Of a DNA stretch of 64,000 nucleotides, positions 49,901-58,134 are shown one piece after another; position 1 is the stretch's first letter, and the number at the start of each line of letters is the position of its first letter. Origin of the DNA: a virus. The DNA lies in IMG/VR virus record IMGVR_UViG_3300045922_000122, positions 1-64,000 of that record. The stretch is one strand, 5' to 3'. The notes beneath the pieces were generated by a model. The model was given only the letters and a program-made list of their open reading frames with translations. It was not told the origin of the DNA and did no database searches. The position numbers and the translations under genes were made by a program.

Positions 49901-52900
49901 CTTTAAATCAGTAGTTTGACTATTTATAGATTCTAGTTCAATATTTAATTTATCTATAATAGTTTTAATGTCTTCTTCATATTTACTTAAATCTTCTTTT
50001 ACTTTGTCAAACTTATTTAAAGTTTCTTCATATAATTTTATTTTATCTTTTATTTTCTTTAAGTATTCAGGATTATCTACATTTTTACCAGTAGGAGCTG
50101 CTTTTTTAAATTCATTATATGAAGCTTTAACTTCTTCTAATTCTTTATTTAAAACTTGTAATGCTTCATAAACATTAGAATTTTCTTGTTGAATTAAATT
50201 AAGTCTTTCTTGTTTAATTGATTTTAAATTTTCTAATTGTCTTAAAATTTCAAGTCCTCTTTGAAGTAGTCTGTAAGTTTTATCTTTAGCTTGTTTAGAA
50301 TTAAATCTATTAGAAGAAGTTCTTTCAGTATATTCTTTATTAACCTCTTCAAATTCTTTTTGTAAAGTATCTATATTTTCATTAATTGTAGATAGATTTA
50401 TTTCTTTTAAATTATTAACAGCATCTTGTTGTTCTGCAATTAAAGATTCTAAAGAAATTATTCTAGCTTGATACTGTCTATTTATTCTATTTATTTCATC
50501 TTGACGTTGTAAATATTCTGAATTTACATAACTTATAGTATAACGTACTGTTATTTTTTCAGATTTATTTTTATCTGTAGTTTTTTCTGTTTCTTGTGTT
50601 TCTTCTGCTTCTTCTAATTCTTCTGGTGAAGTTGTATAATTTCCTTCTTCTAATCTTTTTTTATATTCTTCTCTATCTTTTTTACTGTAAAAAGATTCTT
50701 CGTAAAAAGCTACACCTGTTTTTTCTAAATTTTCTCTTACTTGTTTTACAAAATTAGCAGCAGATTTTGTTTTTATTCTTTTAAAAGTAGTACCATCTTT
50801 TTTTCTATAAGTAAGTTCTACAAATATCCAATTGCCCTTACTATCTTTTACCTGTTCATATAAAGTATTAGGGTCTCCTTCTTTGTAAAAAAGTCTTTTT
50901 ACAGGACCTTTATCAGTACTAAGAACAATAGCACCAGATAAAAATTTAGAAGATAATTCAGAACTAGCTCTCTTTACTATTGGTGTTTTTAATTCTTTAG
51001 CTTCCTTAGTAAGAGCTTCTACTTCTGGAAAATAAGTCTTTTCTAAAACATCATCTCCATCAACATAAGTATTTAAATTTTTATATAACTGAGCTACTTC
51101 ACTATTTACAGCCTTTTTTTCAGCATCTTTTTCTTTTTTCTTTTCTAGTAAACTTAAAGCTTTTTTCTCTCTTCTGTACTCTTCTAGTTCTTCATTAGTA
51201 ACCATTTTATAATAAGCTTCTACTAATTTAGTTCTAAAATCAGAGAGAGTTAATAAGTCTAATCCTTTTTCTGCTTCTTTTTTACCATTTTCTTTATCTT
51301 TTTCTATTAATGCTAAATCTTCTAGAAAAGCATTTCTACTATCTTTATCTAACATTACTCTAGAAAAATCTTGTAAATCAACAGCACTTCTCCAATCTCT
51401 TTCTTGTTCAAATTCAGATTGTTTTTCTAGTAATAAATCTCCGTACTTATCAATACTTTCTTTTAAAGCATCTCTTAAATCTTCTAAATTAGTATATCTT
51501 TTACCTTTAGTAAAAGATATTAAATCTAATAAATCATTTCCTTCTTTTTGTAGTTCTTCATCTATAAATTCATTATTGCTAAGTTTGTCTAAAACTCTTT
51601 TTAGTAAGTTTTCGTATTCAGCTTTAGCTTTAATTTCTTTTCTAAAATTATATCTAGAGCTTGTTTTTCCTTTAGTAGCTATTTGTTGTAATTCTCTTAA
51701 TAATTTGTTACCTCTTTCTAAAACATCTTCTGTTTGTACAACGTTTAAGAATAATGACTTTCTAGTATCTTCTGAATAATTAGAAAATCTATAATTTATA
51801 CTTTGATATAATTCTTCAAATTTATCTATTCTTTCAGATATTTTCTTTAATCTATTTCTCATTTTGCTAACTAGAGCTTCATCACTCAAGTCGTCAAAAG
51901 GAGATTTAGTAACTTCAGTTTCTTTACCGTTAATATTTTCAGTAACAGTATAAGAAAGCATTTTTCTTAATTCAGAAGCAGCTTTTTCTATACCTATTTT
52001 AGGTTCTTTTTGTAATTCTTCTCCTAAAGATAATTTATTTTTAATTTCATTATATCTATTTATTAAATTAGCTATAACTCCATCTTTTTTTATATTAGAT
52101 AAGTTTCTAGGGCTTTCATCCAAATTTTCTACATTTTCAGGTAGGTCGCTAAAATCTAAAGATTCTAAGATTTGTATACTCTTTTCTATAAATTCTAATT
52201 CTTCTTTATATTTATTAATAGTTTCAGCACTAGAACTACCTTCTAATATAGAATTTAAATCATTTATTTTTTCTTTTAAAACATCTAATTGACCTATATC
52301 AGAAAAAGCAGCTACCATATTAGCTAGTTGTACTTTTTCTTGAGTTCTTGCTACTGCTTCAAATCCTTTAGCGTATGCCTCATTTTTTGATTTTTGTATT
52401 GCAGCATCACTTACCATGTAATCGAATAAACTTCTAAATTTATCATTAGTAGCATATTCGTTAGCTTTAGCAATAGCAGCATTTGTAGCTTTTAAGCTTT
52501 CATTATATTCTCTTATTCCATTAGCAATACCACCACCAATTCCAATTCTTAAATTACCTTTATCATTTCTTTTAATATAAGGCAATCCTAATCCGCCAAA
52601 TATAAAACCACCGAAAGCATTTTCCCAACCTTCAGCACTTCCATAAGCTTCTTCAAGTCCTTTAAATATAGAACCTATTATAGTTTTAGTATTTTCTAAA
52701 GCCTCTTTATCTGTTCTTAAATCAAAGTAATCTTTAGTTCCCTCTGCTGTTGCAAACTGTAATTGTTCTTGTGTCATTTCAGCAAATGGATTTTTACCGC
52801 CAGATATTATATATTTAGCTATCTTTTCAGCTTTTGACATTTGCTTAGTAGCAAAAGAAAGCCCTTCTTTAGTTGTAGATTTTGTTATTATATCTGTAAG

Positions 52901-53908
52901 AACTTTGGAATTTAGTTTTACTCCACCAGTTAATAAATTTTTAAACTGAACATAATCAAAAAGACTTAATGCAGCAACATTAATTCCAAATATAGTATTT
53001 TGTAAATATTTCTTTTCTTCTTCTAATCTTTTTAATTCAAATTCAGGTATATTTTCACCATATCTATATTTTAAATTTTCTAATTGTTCTTGTTCCCATT
53101 CTCTACCATTAGATAAAGCTTCTATTCTAGCTTCACCCATTTTTCCTAAAATACTACTACCTATTTGATTTATAGCTGTCCTAGTTTTTATTTTACCAGC
53201 CATTTGTATAATATCATCTGCTATTTGTTCTACTCTCATAGGATTAGCTTCCATAGCAGTTAACATTCTTTTAGCGGTAGTTTTTAAAGTAGTGCTGCCT
53301 TGACCTTCTATCTTAGCTAAAGCATTTACAACTTTACTATATTTTCCTAATTTATTTAATGATAATAAAGCCCCTAAAATATTACCAGTTAAAACTGTTG
53401 CTCCTAAAGCACCTACTAAAAATCCAGCATTTTCAAATTGATGTAGCCAGAAATTAGCAGTACTAAGTTTTTCATAAAAAGGTTTATTTTTATCTGCTTC
53501 AGTATCATAAAGTATATTATTAGTTCTAACTTCTTCTAACCATTCATCTAAACTAGAAGAAAAAGGATTATCTACAAAATCATTAAATTCTATCTCACCA
53601 TCCTTACCACCTTTTGCCAAATTTGCAATACCAGCTACAGTTCCTACAAAAGTATCTAAAAATGTACTACCTGCTATAGCTCCAAATACTTTTCCGCTTC
53701 TCCATAATTTATTAGAAAACGGTTGTAATAAAGCTGCTTCTTCATAAAGATTAGCAGTAGGCATTATATTATTAACGCCAAAATTATACAAATCTTCTTG
53801 AAGCTTTTTATTTACATTATAGTAAATAGGAGCACCTGATTCTTTAGTAATATCGTATTTAACTGTATCTTTTTTTGGAGTAATGTCTGAACTTCTAATG
53901 ATTTCCAT
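37937..53908 (-). CDS. giant virion RNA polymerase polyprotein (crAss-type) with zincin domains and a C-terminal effector array
   Basis: FRIPTE..NS and catalytic GSDFDFDK (43577-43600); HEAFH (47375-47389); N-terminal hydrophobic segments; HEYAH and other C-terminal domains. Confidence 0.92.
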   Translation of the reverse strand: MEIIRSSDITPKKDTVKYDITKESGAPIYYNVNKKLQEDLYNFGVNNIMPTANLYEEAALLQPFSNKLWRSGKVFGAIAGSTFLDTFVGTVAGIANLAKGGKDGEIEFNDFVDNPFSSSLDEWLEEVRTNNILYDTEADKNKPFYEKLSTANFWLHQFENAGFLVGALGATVLTGNILGALLSLNKLGKYSKVVNALAKIEGQGSTTLKTTAKRMLTAMEANPMRVEQIADDIIQMAGKIKTRTAINQIGSSILGKMGEARIEALSNGREWEQEQLENLKYRYGENIPEFELKRLEEEKKYLQNTIFGINVAALSLFDYVQFKNLLTGGVKLNSKVLTDIITKSTTKEGLSFATKQMSKAEKIAKYIISGGKNPFAEMTQEQLQFATAEGTKDYFDLRTDKEALENTKTIIGSIFKGLEEAYGSAEGWENAFGGFIFGGLGLPYIKRNDKGNLRIGIGGGIANGIREYNESLKATNAAIAKANEYATNDKFRSLFDYMVSDAAIQKSKNEAYAKGFEAVARTQEKVQLANMVAAFSDIGQLDVLKEKINDLNSILEGSSSAETINKYKEELEFIEKSIQILESLDFSDLPENVENLDESPRNLSNIKKDGVIANLINRYNEIKNKLSLGEELQKEPKIGIEKAASELRKMLSYTVTENINGKETEVTKSPFDDLSDEALVSKMRNRLKKISERIDKFEELYQSINYRFSNYSEDTRKSLFLNVVQTEDVLERGNKLLRELQQIATKGKTSSRYNFRKEIKAKAEYENLLKRVLDKLSNNEFIDEELQKEGNDLLDLISFTKGKRYTNLEDLRDALKESIDKYGDLLLEKQSEFEQERDWRSAVDLQDFSRVMLDKDSRNAFLEDLALIEKDKENGKKEAEKGLDLLTLSDFRTKLVEAYYKMVTNEELEEYRREKKALSLLEKKKEKDAEKKAVNSEVAQLYKNLNTYVDGDDVLEKTYFPEVEALTKEAKELKTPIVKRASSELSSKFLSGAIVLSTDKGPVKRLFYKEGDPNTLYEQVKDSKGNWIFVELTYRKKDGTTFKRIKTKSAANFVKQVRENLEKTGVAFYEESFYSKKDREEYKKRLEEGNYTTSPEELEEAEETQETEKTTDKNKSEKITVRYTISYVNSEYLQRQDEINRINRQYQARIISLESLIAEQQDAVNNLKEINLSTINENIDTLQKEFEEVNKEYTERTSSNRFNSKQAKDKTYRLLQRGLEILRQLENLKSIKQERLNLIQQENSNVYEALQVLNKELEEVKASYNEFKKAAPTGKNVDNPEYLKKIKDKIKLYEETLNKFDKVKEDLSKYEEDIKTIIDKLNIELESINSQTTDLKKGFNSLLSDIIKRIPEGLLPEKTIDGLHAYFTSNKILDKDLEKDIEALFELSYDYFGKINFLEGRKVAILEEKSKLGYYNSLLKKLSSLSSFKVQADSLKKEYKNLVEEKAKTEKEVQKKFSVANKGVIETLDNELDEDLENDSYLYQATYVDLYGWAVSTGRDSERGDYGKPGESSNPVIEERRFFRWLENIGINEDPKNYKFMSVTINDEVYGLGKPNSVYNDPKIEGVNHNEDDIRLVLVDSENKPVIAYGGVVYAKLRDLSLNFKDTNSPRYSFFNKDLSKETKAEILSNALEVHKQIRDIIKKNSNKNFFFNITSFNPGKPISNKTKNSVVGTIVEKESDIADKLNILVSIGEKSEKGKTNRTITAGERRIVYPAGRVLFKLGNTWIPAITRKINRQEAETVYQLVKAYLQNYRSTLPNTASEKAKEAKTTESLNLSYKNLITYIENIVYLSENSVIPFDIKEDVLVLQNKVITLDTLEENKDEIIETLQKKVLNVNNRILALLNNKNKEENLPKYKSVLWNGYSFEETEWDSYKHYLTSPLMPNGTTRQIEDIPLTTFLRIKQDATEDDIINDKVRRFQQGYATFEPNPLSPDSTLSGESKETINNTIPQTEDNKSKVTKITAIREDNNFNVIVDVKNRKFKIETKERIPEVDEFENKINLDFGGNNMETKSVEQIIKEIEDNILPILGKPKYSFKITKEFEQNLEKKAQESNIKNEASLEGFFGEAPKVDLNDPNINPEAKPKTNSNNFSDIDKAIDDAINSAFRIYTGILDTINIEEAENWLVETLGIDITDRESYERVDNLIEGIASGRILSNGKILLSTMGEQGTEYHEAFHYVSNLLISKEEQKELWDEWRLINNKPDATDKEAEEGLAEGFAIYMLNKKAKSKKQESLFRKILNLIKAAFSLNTNKKIEDFYARIERGEFKNAKKVRENLMFSKLDSVRNINNAAVAKRIHNKVISKLLANDIKILYLFNSDDFKEIIRPIYNASFKEMLEEDGLTQKFEELPYERKKEILQQAVVIHKDFIKALGYTQPSEEDIEEDDISEEESDLSLGKDEVISKEVSNESYKEAYLINQKSKIKTPLRLVLASFADTYEYDKFINKLMNKLANSISYEEIKGRLLNSKDTGFRKLYNLLNLLEDRAKNGDYYSAQFIVSFYNSFSKHKENFENLIVNRDGTVNRVNTNTTKTQDITLRKWLNNLLTINNDLVYRENGTIRLTKKGKEYLASTTTQQLDFLEKLGIKFENKEAVKNYLNSENGIEDLKSITLLINDLKSEKITLDKLGSKDFYTNTSLSRLKRLVELESSFNEDVVENVAVTSKGEMIYSITLHNYISRLVYKLSSGIIPNFLNKNTNIYARDSIILERISKKKNAIRVGITNGMSKAAETGQDVSQLSFKDFLIVELNNILSKNFSFLITGDKKSFRTFSLDNFFINISGYSKFDMVKQTVDQLYKYYLTELEIIKQKKNKDKIIVNGEQFLNDLVIFKNIRDKNGNTINIIDSEEVVKNKIKDYVEFQITSNYNLFKNNGIIKSNKINVSKEILREVLNIKEGKEKELTEEQIEKVVTAFTTNYIISAIEQTKVLFGNPAYYITKYKGNIPDLTASFIDMFKRYAGAVATTKQVINTPVINEYMDTYMPRVDGKTGEDRLKVKVVTFEDIVSVKEELSILGVKGYDEIDETDSFGIILDDLYRDLLFRSDSWSEEMNKAWELESKGEEANSILPSIKPVIYGNSSEEELKPFYVKFALLRLSPTLIKAIKEDSEAFPALYSLLEKMRNNQIDIGVFRSGNKIGFKLKKGEKGKYQGQPLYNESGEIADIDNELVTEIPIESIGIQVENSPKDAKETSRGTQEAAIIATDLADKGTFKKGTITIKNKVLTIEEAVRDLFKAQSDLTDYYLDKVKQELNLKYENGRAVFSDGGEALKKLLIEEINSRGEIPDNQIEALILELEGLEKGKPVYLDLLVNYNKLEPILYSIFENKAVNQKRFGKSLVQFPDTGTELKVRERINGKYKSNGLKFYENGKTMEIYLPYYFGNILSEGQTINKIDPNNLKMYGFRIPTEQLNSLESIVVKGFLPKSYGNTCIVPSGITKKVGSDFDFDKINIYFPNFIRKKVDKIDLEDFENSYEYFNYTDEDDRIAIKNLLKSSNYTFTELLQALNSYSLKSDKGELGKLKESKAYKSYSEDTKTAISNLKLALINFNRRKNEENKNLKKYEYIYVEPNEENLNNPELREKALQNKILEYTIALLESRSPKDKLEPNSISKYKDLSLVIEKKLQEFYPDRVINNYSFTDLLNFKTISTLRNMFWYGKGLVGIFALANKSHPLFQIADIRINSNLKLDDEVLNFSINFKGIEKDSNGYYSLGNIYTVDENGNPTNEKISNVLGQGVSLAVDVVKNPEVMERFNLNAETADVFLFLVSAGLPSQTALYFISQPIIREYVEIISRHKSISTMISTKEDELEQLKTKYGDYKYNKLTLEQLQQFNRQVQQNILEDFLTYKKVAFKISQMRSAFSFDTRGLGSTDAVKDLLKTNREILTSGNFKNLDRYLQFTFLDSFKKVYNASLFTFKDLIFTEQFDEVVYSLDSFREELLERVFKSKNRNKVSKLLKNDFKISILTSGEKFANWQSLFKGDESLPKRLKKYQEEVKDSRLDYLIPMINPDGDGIDNIRLSNRNFNAYVMQEIASAIEDMFNRGGKDLSLATDLIKFSMLQSGYNFTQFSINQILPAVISRKVVKTILDKIDINAHINTFNIFRRNFYINNWRNSDIVPYVSYSKASKLILRVNDYKAAPFIKTTDNNDIYRLYERIGLDGSGRFYIYQEIPLPVIANIKGKIWTTDINNLNSGSINSTNTINEVGNNQNLLSEPNRQRQTASEIYSNKQFTNLPIKKSNPININAKFPKDQIKADYADGIIAYGEPGTSTYKYANAFGGTRTSFKAGETIMISVNGKGRPNQAENLEKTKKAIDLALSQGVKFFIADNENDANSNHNSVGEGAIRKYLLDKGLEYQPFNGVGLYINKSNNQTFNQISNNNYYPLDLNLVKELQEKIQSLYPELGLNITNNPTWETDKNVFNQTIPDEINKFELFENQDTLCPNGICNFTAKESTEYLKKIGLNPYPSSPNGDQLSVFVKSPLGNFDITHYVSAVAINNAIYIYDMPQHEFISNEFFGLGSHVKVKETYKPRLIPLTLDDIQANYNLSPKEAGRFIYRILEAQGWAGADATPPFREYIEQNISNPKEYINLLENEIKNSEYEEKNYIEEYIKEIENRKKEVKEKPLSSKEEKQVIKYYENKLKLKTREYLPKKTSTFSLRSLVKSVIGDSFENRISYNNFEESLQSLDKYLKSEDFINDLLDKREKYLQKLKSINEYVNKVYSLSRLFASFTKKVKLEGIENAIKKFDKNQQYTLRSYLPYNILSKYKSNEQAAFLLKQYWSNKDNIVKNLSINKLDTISKVDTFSDLILNRYKAHSQFNKYNTVLNFLKSTNFDASYLYQVISNEAIRKYKYFEKIGNIQFQKDELNRIIGQANIKAGTVLIDALNQRIDTLPHEYAHHYIAWFRNTPIVQEAIRKWGSEEALVQSIGEQAVKQRGEAWNWWTKFVKWIMDKFNSLSKLQKQELTQILTDAFLKRVDLETGEVGFSSERLRELQNRASGIFNQRENQIKTGVKELFNQYRELASIGTLEQYSAYLDTIFPDSKVKDIVYHYGYIPKNNNFIHFGSKKAALTRKLYAEEKGKSLYLSIINIKNPLFKRDSGDESPARFIKDIQNAGFETGINQDYDVPKGDDWFKVKNNYPNKSTFNGKEIPDINDKKIVENKLLNSKFDGFVYINTGEGTNDESFVVFRPEQVHILGSKQDIEGFREFVKNDNIVENNQYENINQQVEELFDKNLQLANEIYKTLGFDVIDESEITYTDEEGNPCAKDGMSFNKFTKGGKWEIVKEFKGASHERGGIDIEISNGTIKMTGKQGQIKAKNGLVINSKTLK
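38286..38328. repeat. 43-bp dispersed repeat, copy 2
   Basis: 40/43 identical to 35457-35499. Confidence 0.9.
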
Positions 53909-53948
53909 TTATTTTATTTTATTTATTTAATTACTTACTTTGTTAACT

Positions 53949-56267
53949 TTATTTTTTATTTTTAGTAGCTTCGTAAGCTTCTTGGTCTTTTAAAGTAAAA
54001 CCACTTCTATCTTCGTCAAAAATCAACCAATATTGTTTTTTACTTAAATCTATTTGTTTACCACCTACATTAATAACATCATTCATTAAAGGAAGCTTAT
54101 ATTTATTTGCATTTTGTGCTCTAACGTAATCTAAATAAACATCAAAAGGAGTTTGATTACGAATTATATTTTGCAACATATTATTATAAACCGAACTAGC
54201 TGGTATAAATATTTTTTTGGTATTATTTCCACTAGTTACATTAAGTATAACTCCTGGCTCTAACCCTTCTTTAGTCATTAAAGGAGCTTTAACATAACCA
54301 GCTGTAACTTGTATACTTTCTTTTAATTTATCATCACTTTTAAAAGGGGTCATTGAAGATAATATACTTTTTAAAGTAAGTCTTTGACCTAAAGTATTAT
54401 TAGATAATTCATAACCAGTTATATCTCCAAGCCTACCAAATAAATTATTTTTATCAGATAGTTGTTTTAATAAAGTTTCAGAACTTTCTAATTCTTGTTG
54501 AGTTTGACCTATTTTTGTATAAGTTTTAATAACAGATACTTGATTTTTGTTATCATTAAATTCTTTAGTATATTTTTCAATTTCACTACTTATTCCTTTT
54601 ATTTCTTTAGGAACTGTTGTAAATTGTGTCTTTACTTCTAAATTATCTGATTTTGTAATTGAATACCAATCTCCAAAATTTCTAGGCTGTTCTTTTTTAT
54701 TCTCTTTATATTCTTTTAATTTTTCTTCTTCAGTTTTAAGATGATTAAAATATTTATTTAATTTATCTTTACCTATTTTTTGTTCTAAAAATTCTCTATA
54801 TTCATTAGCAGTATTAACATAATCTTGATATTTTAAATCATCAAATTTTAATTTTTCTATAGTAGAAGCTATTTCGTCTCTTTTAGCTTTATCTTTTACA
54901 TGCGGCAATGCTCTTTGTAAAAGTTCTATAGCTTTACTGATAGGAGTTATTCCTTTAGCTTCTTCTTCTGGTGTAGTTTTAAATTTTTCTAAAGTAACTT
55001 TTGCTGATATATTCTTAATATATTCAGGAGCAGTTTTATCTACACCATTTATAGCTTCTGCTACTTTAACTAAAGCAGAAATTGCTAAATTATCTTTATT
55101 TTCATCTTTAAATAAAATATCAGAACTTAAATCATATTCTTTTTTAACTCCTGGTTGTGGATAAACTATAACATCTGAATCAGGTGTACCGCCACCTTTA
55201 CCACTACCATCAAGATTAGAATAAGTAGTACTAGTTTCTCTTTCAATATTACCATATTTATTATATGCAAATCCAAACAATTCTCTACTTTTATCTTCTT
55301 TAATTCCTTGTTCTACTATTAAAGGTGCTAATCTAGGTTCTTGTATTACCTTATTGGCTATATAATCCACATCTAAACCAGAATTTTTCATCATTAATTT
55401 AGCATCTCTTTCAAGAGCTTTTTCATTATTTCTATATTTTCTAGGTTCTTTTCTTAAAAGTTCTAATTTTGTTTCTTGCAAATTTTTATTTAAATAAACT
55501 AAAGCTTGCTCTGGAGTAGCATTATGAGATTTAACTTTTGCCCAAAAATCTAAATAATCTTTAACTTCACTATCATTTAATACTCCTTTAACTATACTTC
55601 TAATAGTATTCTCAGGTATAAATTTAATTAATGATTGAATTTTTGCTACCTTACCATTAAAATCAGAAGTAGGGTCTTTTACTATTTTTTCATATTCTTC
55701 TTTAAATTTATAGTCAGTTACACCTGAAAAAGCATTAGTTAATTTTTCTATAAAATTTACAGTTTTAGGAGGTTGTAGAGTATAATTACTATAACCTATA
55801 ATATTACCACTAACAGGGTCTTTACGAAATCCTTTATTTTCTTTATATAAATTATCTACATAAGCTTTAATAGTTTCAGCTTCAATAGTAGTTATATCTT
55901 TTCTTTTATCTATTTCTTCTCTATACTTATTTCTATCTTCTACTTGCTGTATTATATCTTTATAATCTTTAGCAAAATCTTTAATTGCTTTTCTAACAAT
56001 TCTTCCTCTATTTTCATAATCTCCTAGTTTAGAAGCTTCTTCTATATAACTATAAGCTTTTTCAAAAGCTGCTTTTTTTGCAGCAATATCATTTTCAGCA
56101 TTTAAAGATTTCAAATTATCAGCAGCTTCTTTTAAAGAATCATATAAAGCTAGATTTTCATCATAATCTTTTATTAATCTATCTTGAAGTTCTTTGTATT
56201 CTTTATGAGAGCCTTCAACATAAGGTTTAACAAAAGGAACATATTGCAAAGGTTGTACTAAACTCAT
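53949..56267 (-). CDS. virion cargo/ejection protein
   Basis: 772-aa helical protein upstream of the RNAP, as in crAss-like gene order. Confidence 0.65.
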   Translation of the reverse strand: MSLVQPLQYVPFVKPYVEGSHKEYKELQDRLIKDYDENLALYDSLKEAADNLKSLNAENDIAAKKAAFEKAYSYIEEASKLGDYENRGRIVRKAIKDFAKDYKDIIQQVEDRNKYREEIDKRKDITTIEAETIKAYVDNLYKENKGFRKDPVSGNIIGYSNYTLQPPKTVNFIEKLTNAFSGVTDYKFKEEYEKIVKDPTSDFNGKVAKIQSLIKFIPENTIRSIVKGVLNDSEVKDYLDFWAKVKSHNATPEQALVYLNKNLQETKLELLRKEPRKYRNNEKALERDAKLMMKNSGLDVDYIANKVIQEPRLAPLIVEQGIKEDKSRELFGFAYNKYGNIERETSTTYSNLDGSGKGGGTPDSDVIVYPQPGVKKEYDLSSDILFKDENKDNLAISALVKVAEAINGVDKTAPEYIKNISAKVTLEKFKTTPEEEAKGITPISKAIELLQRALPHVKDKAKRDEIASTIEKLKFDDLKYQDYVNTANEYREFLEQKIGKDKLNKYFNHLKTEEEKLKEYKENKKEQPRNFGDWYSITKSDNLEVKTQFTTVPKEIKGISSEIEKYTKEFNDNKNQVSVIKTYTKIGQTQQELESSETLLKQLSDKNNLFGRLGDITGYELSNNTLGQRLTLKSILSSMTPFKSDDKLKESIQVTAGYVKAPLMTKEGLEPGVILNVTSGNNTKKIFIPASSVYNNMLQNIIRNQTPFDVYLDYVRAQNANKYKLPLMNDVINVGGKQIDLSKKQYWLIFDEDRSGFTLKDQEAYEATKNKK

Positions 56268-56283
56268 AATTTTTTAATCTTAT

Positions 56284-57102
56284 TTAATCTGAATTTTTAT
56301 TTCTTTTTTGTTTATTTTCTTGCTCATTTTCTTCTTTCTTATTTATACCGTATAAATAACGTAATATAAAAGGTAAATACGCATCACTTCTTTCTGCTGT
56401 ACCTCTACCAGCATTCATTCTAGCTATTTGAATTTTTTCTTTTTCAACATCGTAAGCTCTTGAAGAAGCTAAATTACCCATTAACCCTTGTAACCAAGCA
56501 TTAGCAGCAGCTTGTTTATTAGCAAGTTTAACATTTTCTCCTAATGTCTTCATTTCAAGATACTTATTTAAAGCATCTGCTTTTCTAAGTCTATATTCAT
56601 TACTTATTTGAGTATTAGTATTATTAATAGCAGCATCAGTTTGCATTTGATTTACTGTAGCTTGATTCATTTTATCCATAGCTTCTCCAGTAATAGCTAA
56701 TCTTCTAGCAAACCTATCTTGAACATTACTACTAGACCTATCTATATTAACTCCAGCAGTTTGAGCTTCTTTACTAATCATGTATTTATTATACGGTAAT
56801 AAATTTAAATTACGCATATATGCAGGTTGAGGAATATCAGGCATATAAGCAGATTGTTGTCTATCAGCATTTTTTAAATTAGCTAGATAGACTATTGTAT
56901 TCATGGCTTGCTCTGGAGATAGAATTTTATTAATATCGCTATAATCTCTATAAACTTTTTCTTCTTTTACATCAGGTCTAGGTAAGTAGCTAGGAACTTC
57001 AAATTTAGGAAGCTTAAATTCTTTAATATTAGGAATATTAATATTAGCTTTTCTTGGTTCTATAGGTTCTATTTTAATAGGCTTTCTTTTAATTGGTGGC
57101 AT
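56284..57102 (-). CDS. virion cargo protein
   Basis: N/Q/A-rich helical protein in the cargo block. Confidence 0.6.
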   Translation of the reverse strand: MPPIKRKPIKIEPIEPRKANINIPNIKEFKLPKFEVPSYLPRPDVKEEKVYRDYSDINKILSPEQAMNTIVYLANLKNADRQQSAYMPDIPQPAYMRNLNLLPYNKYMISKEAQTAGVNIDRSSSNVQDRFARRLAITGEAMDKMNQATVNQMQTDAAINNTNTQISNEYRLRKADALNKYLEMKTLGENVKLANKQAAANAWLQGLMGNLASSRAYDVEKEKIQIARMNAGRGTAERSDAYLPFILRYLYGINKKEENEQENKQKRNKNSD

Positions 57103-57106
57103 TATT

Positions 57107-58132
57107 TTAACCTTTCTTTTTTAAAATATTTTCAACTTGTTTTTGTAATTCTTGGTCTTGAAAAGCAGCTTCTATTAAACTGTTTATTCTTGTTACCATA
57201 GCTTGACCTGTTTTAAAAGTCAATGGATTATTACTATCAAGCTTCTTTTCAAATTTACCTTTATAACTTCCTAACTTACTAGCTATATTAGCATAAGTTG
57301 GATTTTTAGGGACTTTTATTTTTATTGCCGATAAAGCAGAAATAAGGGCTGGAGATGCTTTTAACCTATCACTAAACACTCGTTCTCCTCCAATTCCCAT
57401 TACTCCTCCATTTTCATGAGTTTGACCAACAGCTCTAGTCATATCAGAAGCCAGATTTTCTTGACCTTGCAATTGAGCATCTGCTCCTTGTACTACTTCA
57501 TTATCTTCTACTTCATATTGAGGTAACATGCCACCATTAGAAAATATATAACCACCTTTTCTATACATACTAGTATATACTCCAGTAGGTTTAAATCCTT
57601 GAGCTATAGCATTTTCATTATTATTAACAGCCATATCAGAATATTCTTTATTTCTACGCAATCTAGCTCCTTCTATTTCTCTATTAACTTTAGCTGTATT
57701 TTGGGAATTAGTAATAAGGCTATATGTACCATAACCTAAAGCACCAACAATAGCACCTATTGGACCACCAATAGAAGCACCCATAGAAGCTCCTTTTAAA
57801 GCACCACTAGCAAAAGCAGATAAATTATCTTGAACTTTATATTCTCTACCGTAAATATCTGTTTTGGTTTGTTGTGTAACATTATCTAGAATACCACCTG
57901 CAACTCCAGCTGTTGTACCAACAGCACCCATAGTATTAAATTCTTGTGCAGATGCAGGTATAGCCTTATTATTATTAATATAAGGTTTACCAAAAGTTAC
58001 ATTATTTAAATAATCAGGATTTCCTTGTATGTTTAAGTTAGGAGTATAACTAAACATAGATTTATTAGGATTTCTCCAACCAAATCCTTGTCTTATATAA
58101 TCTATATAAGGGTCATTATTATTAACAGCCAT
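57107..58132 (-). CDS. virion cargo protein with a glycine-zipper membrane segment
   Basis: GALKGASMGASIGGPIGAIVGA; YRKGG/FSNGG; EVEDNE..GQTHENGG..VFSDRL. Confidence 0.7.
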   Translation of the reverse strand: MAVNNNDPYIDYIRQGFGWRNPNKSMFSYTPNLNIQGNPDYLNNVTFGKPYINNNKAIPASAQEFNTMGAVGTTAGVAGGILDNVTQQTKTDIYGREYKVQDNLSAFASGALKGASMGASIGGPIGAIVGALGYGTYSLITNSQNTAKVNREIEGARLRRNKEYSDMAVNNNENAIAQGFKPTGVYTSMYRKGGYIFSNGGMLPQYEVEDNEVVQGADAQLQGQENLASDMTRAVGQTHENGGVMGIGGERVFSDRLKASPALISALSAIKIKVPKNPTYANIASKLGSYKGKFEKKLDSNNPLTFKTGQAMVTRINSLIEAAFQDQELQKQVENILKKKG

Positions 58133-58134
58133 AT

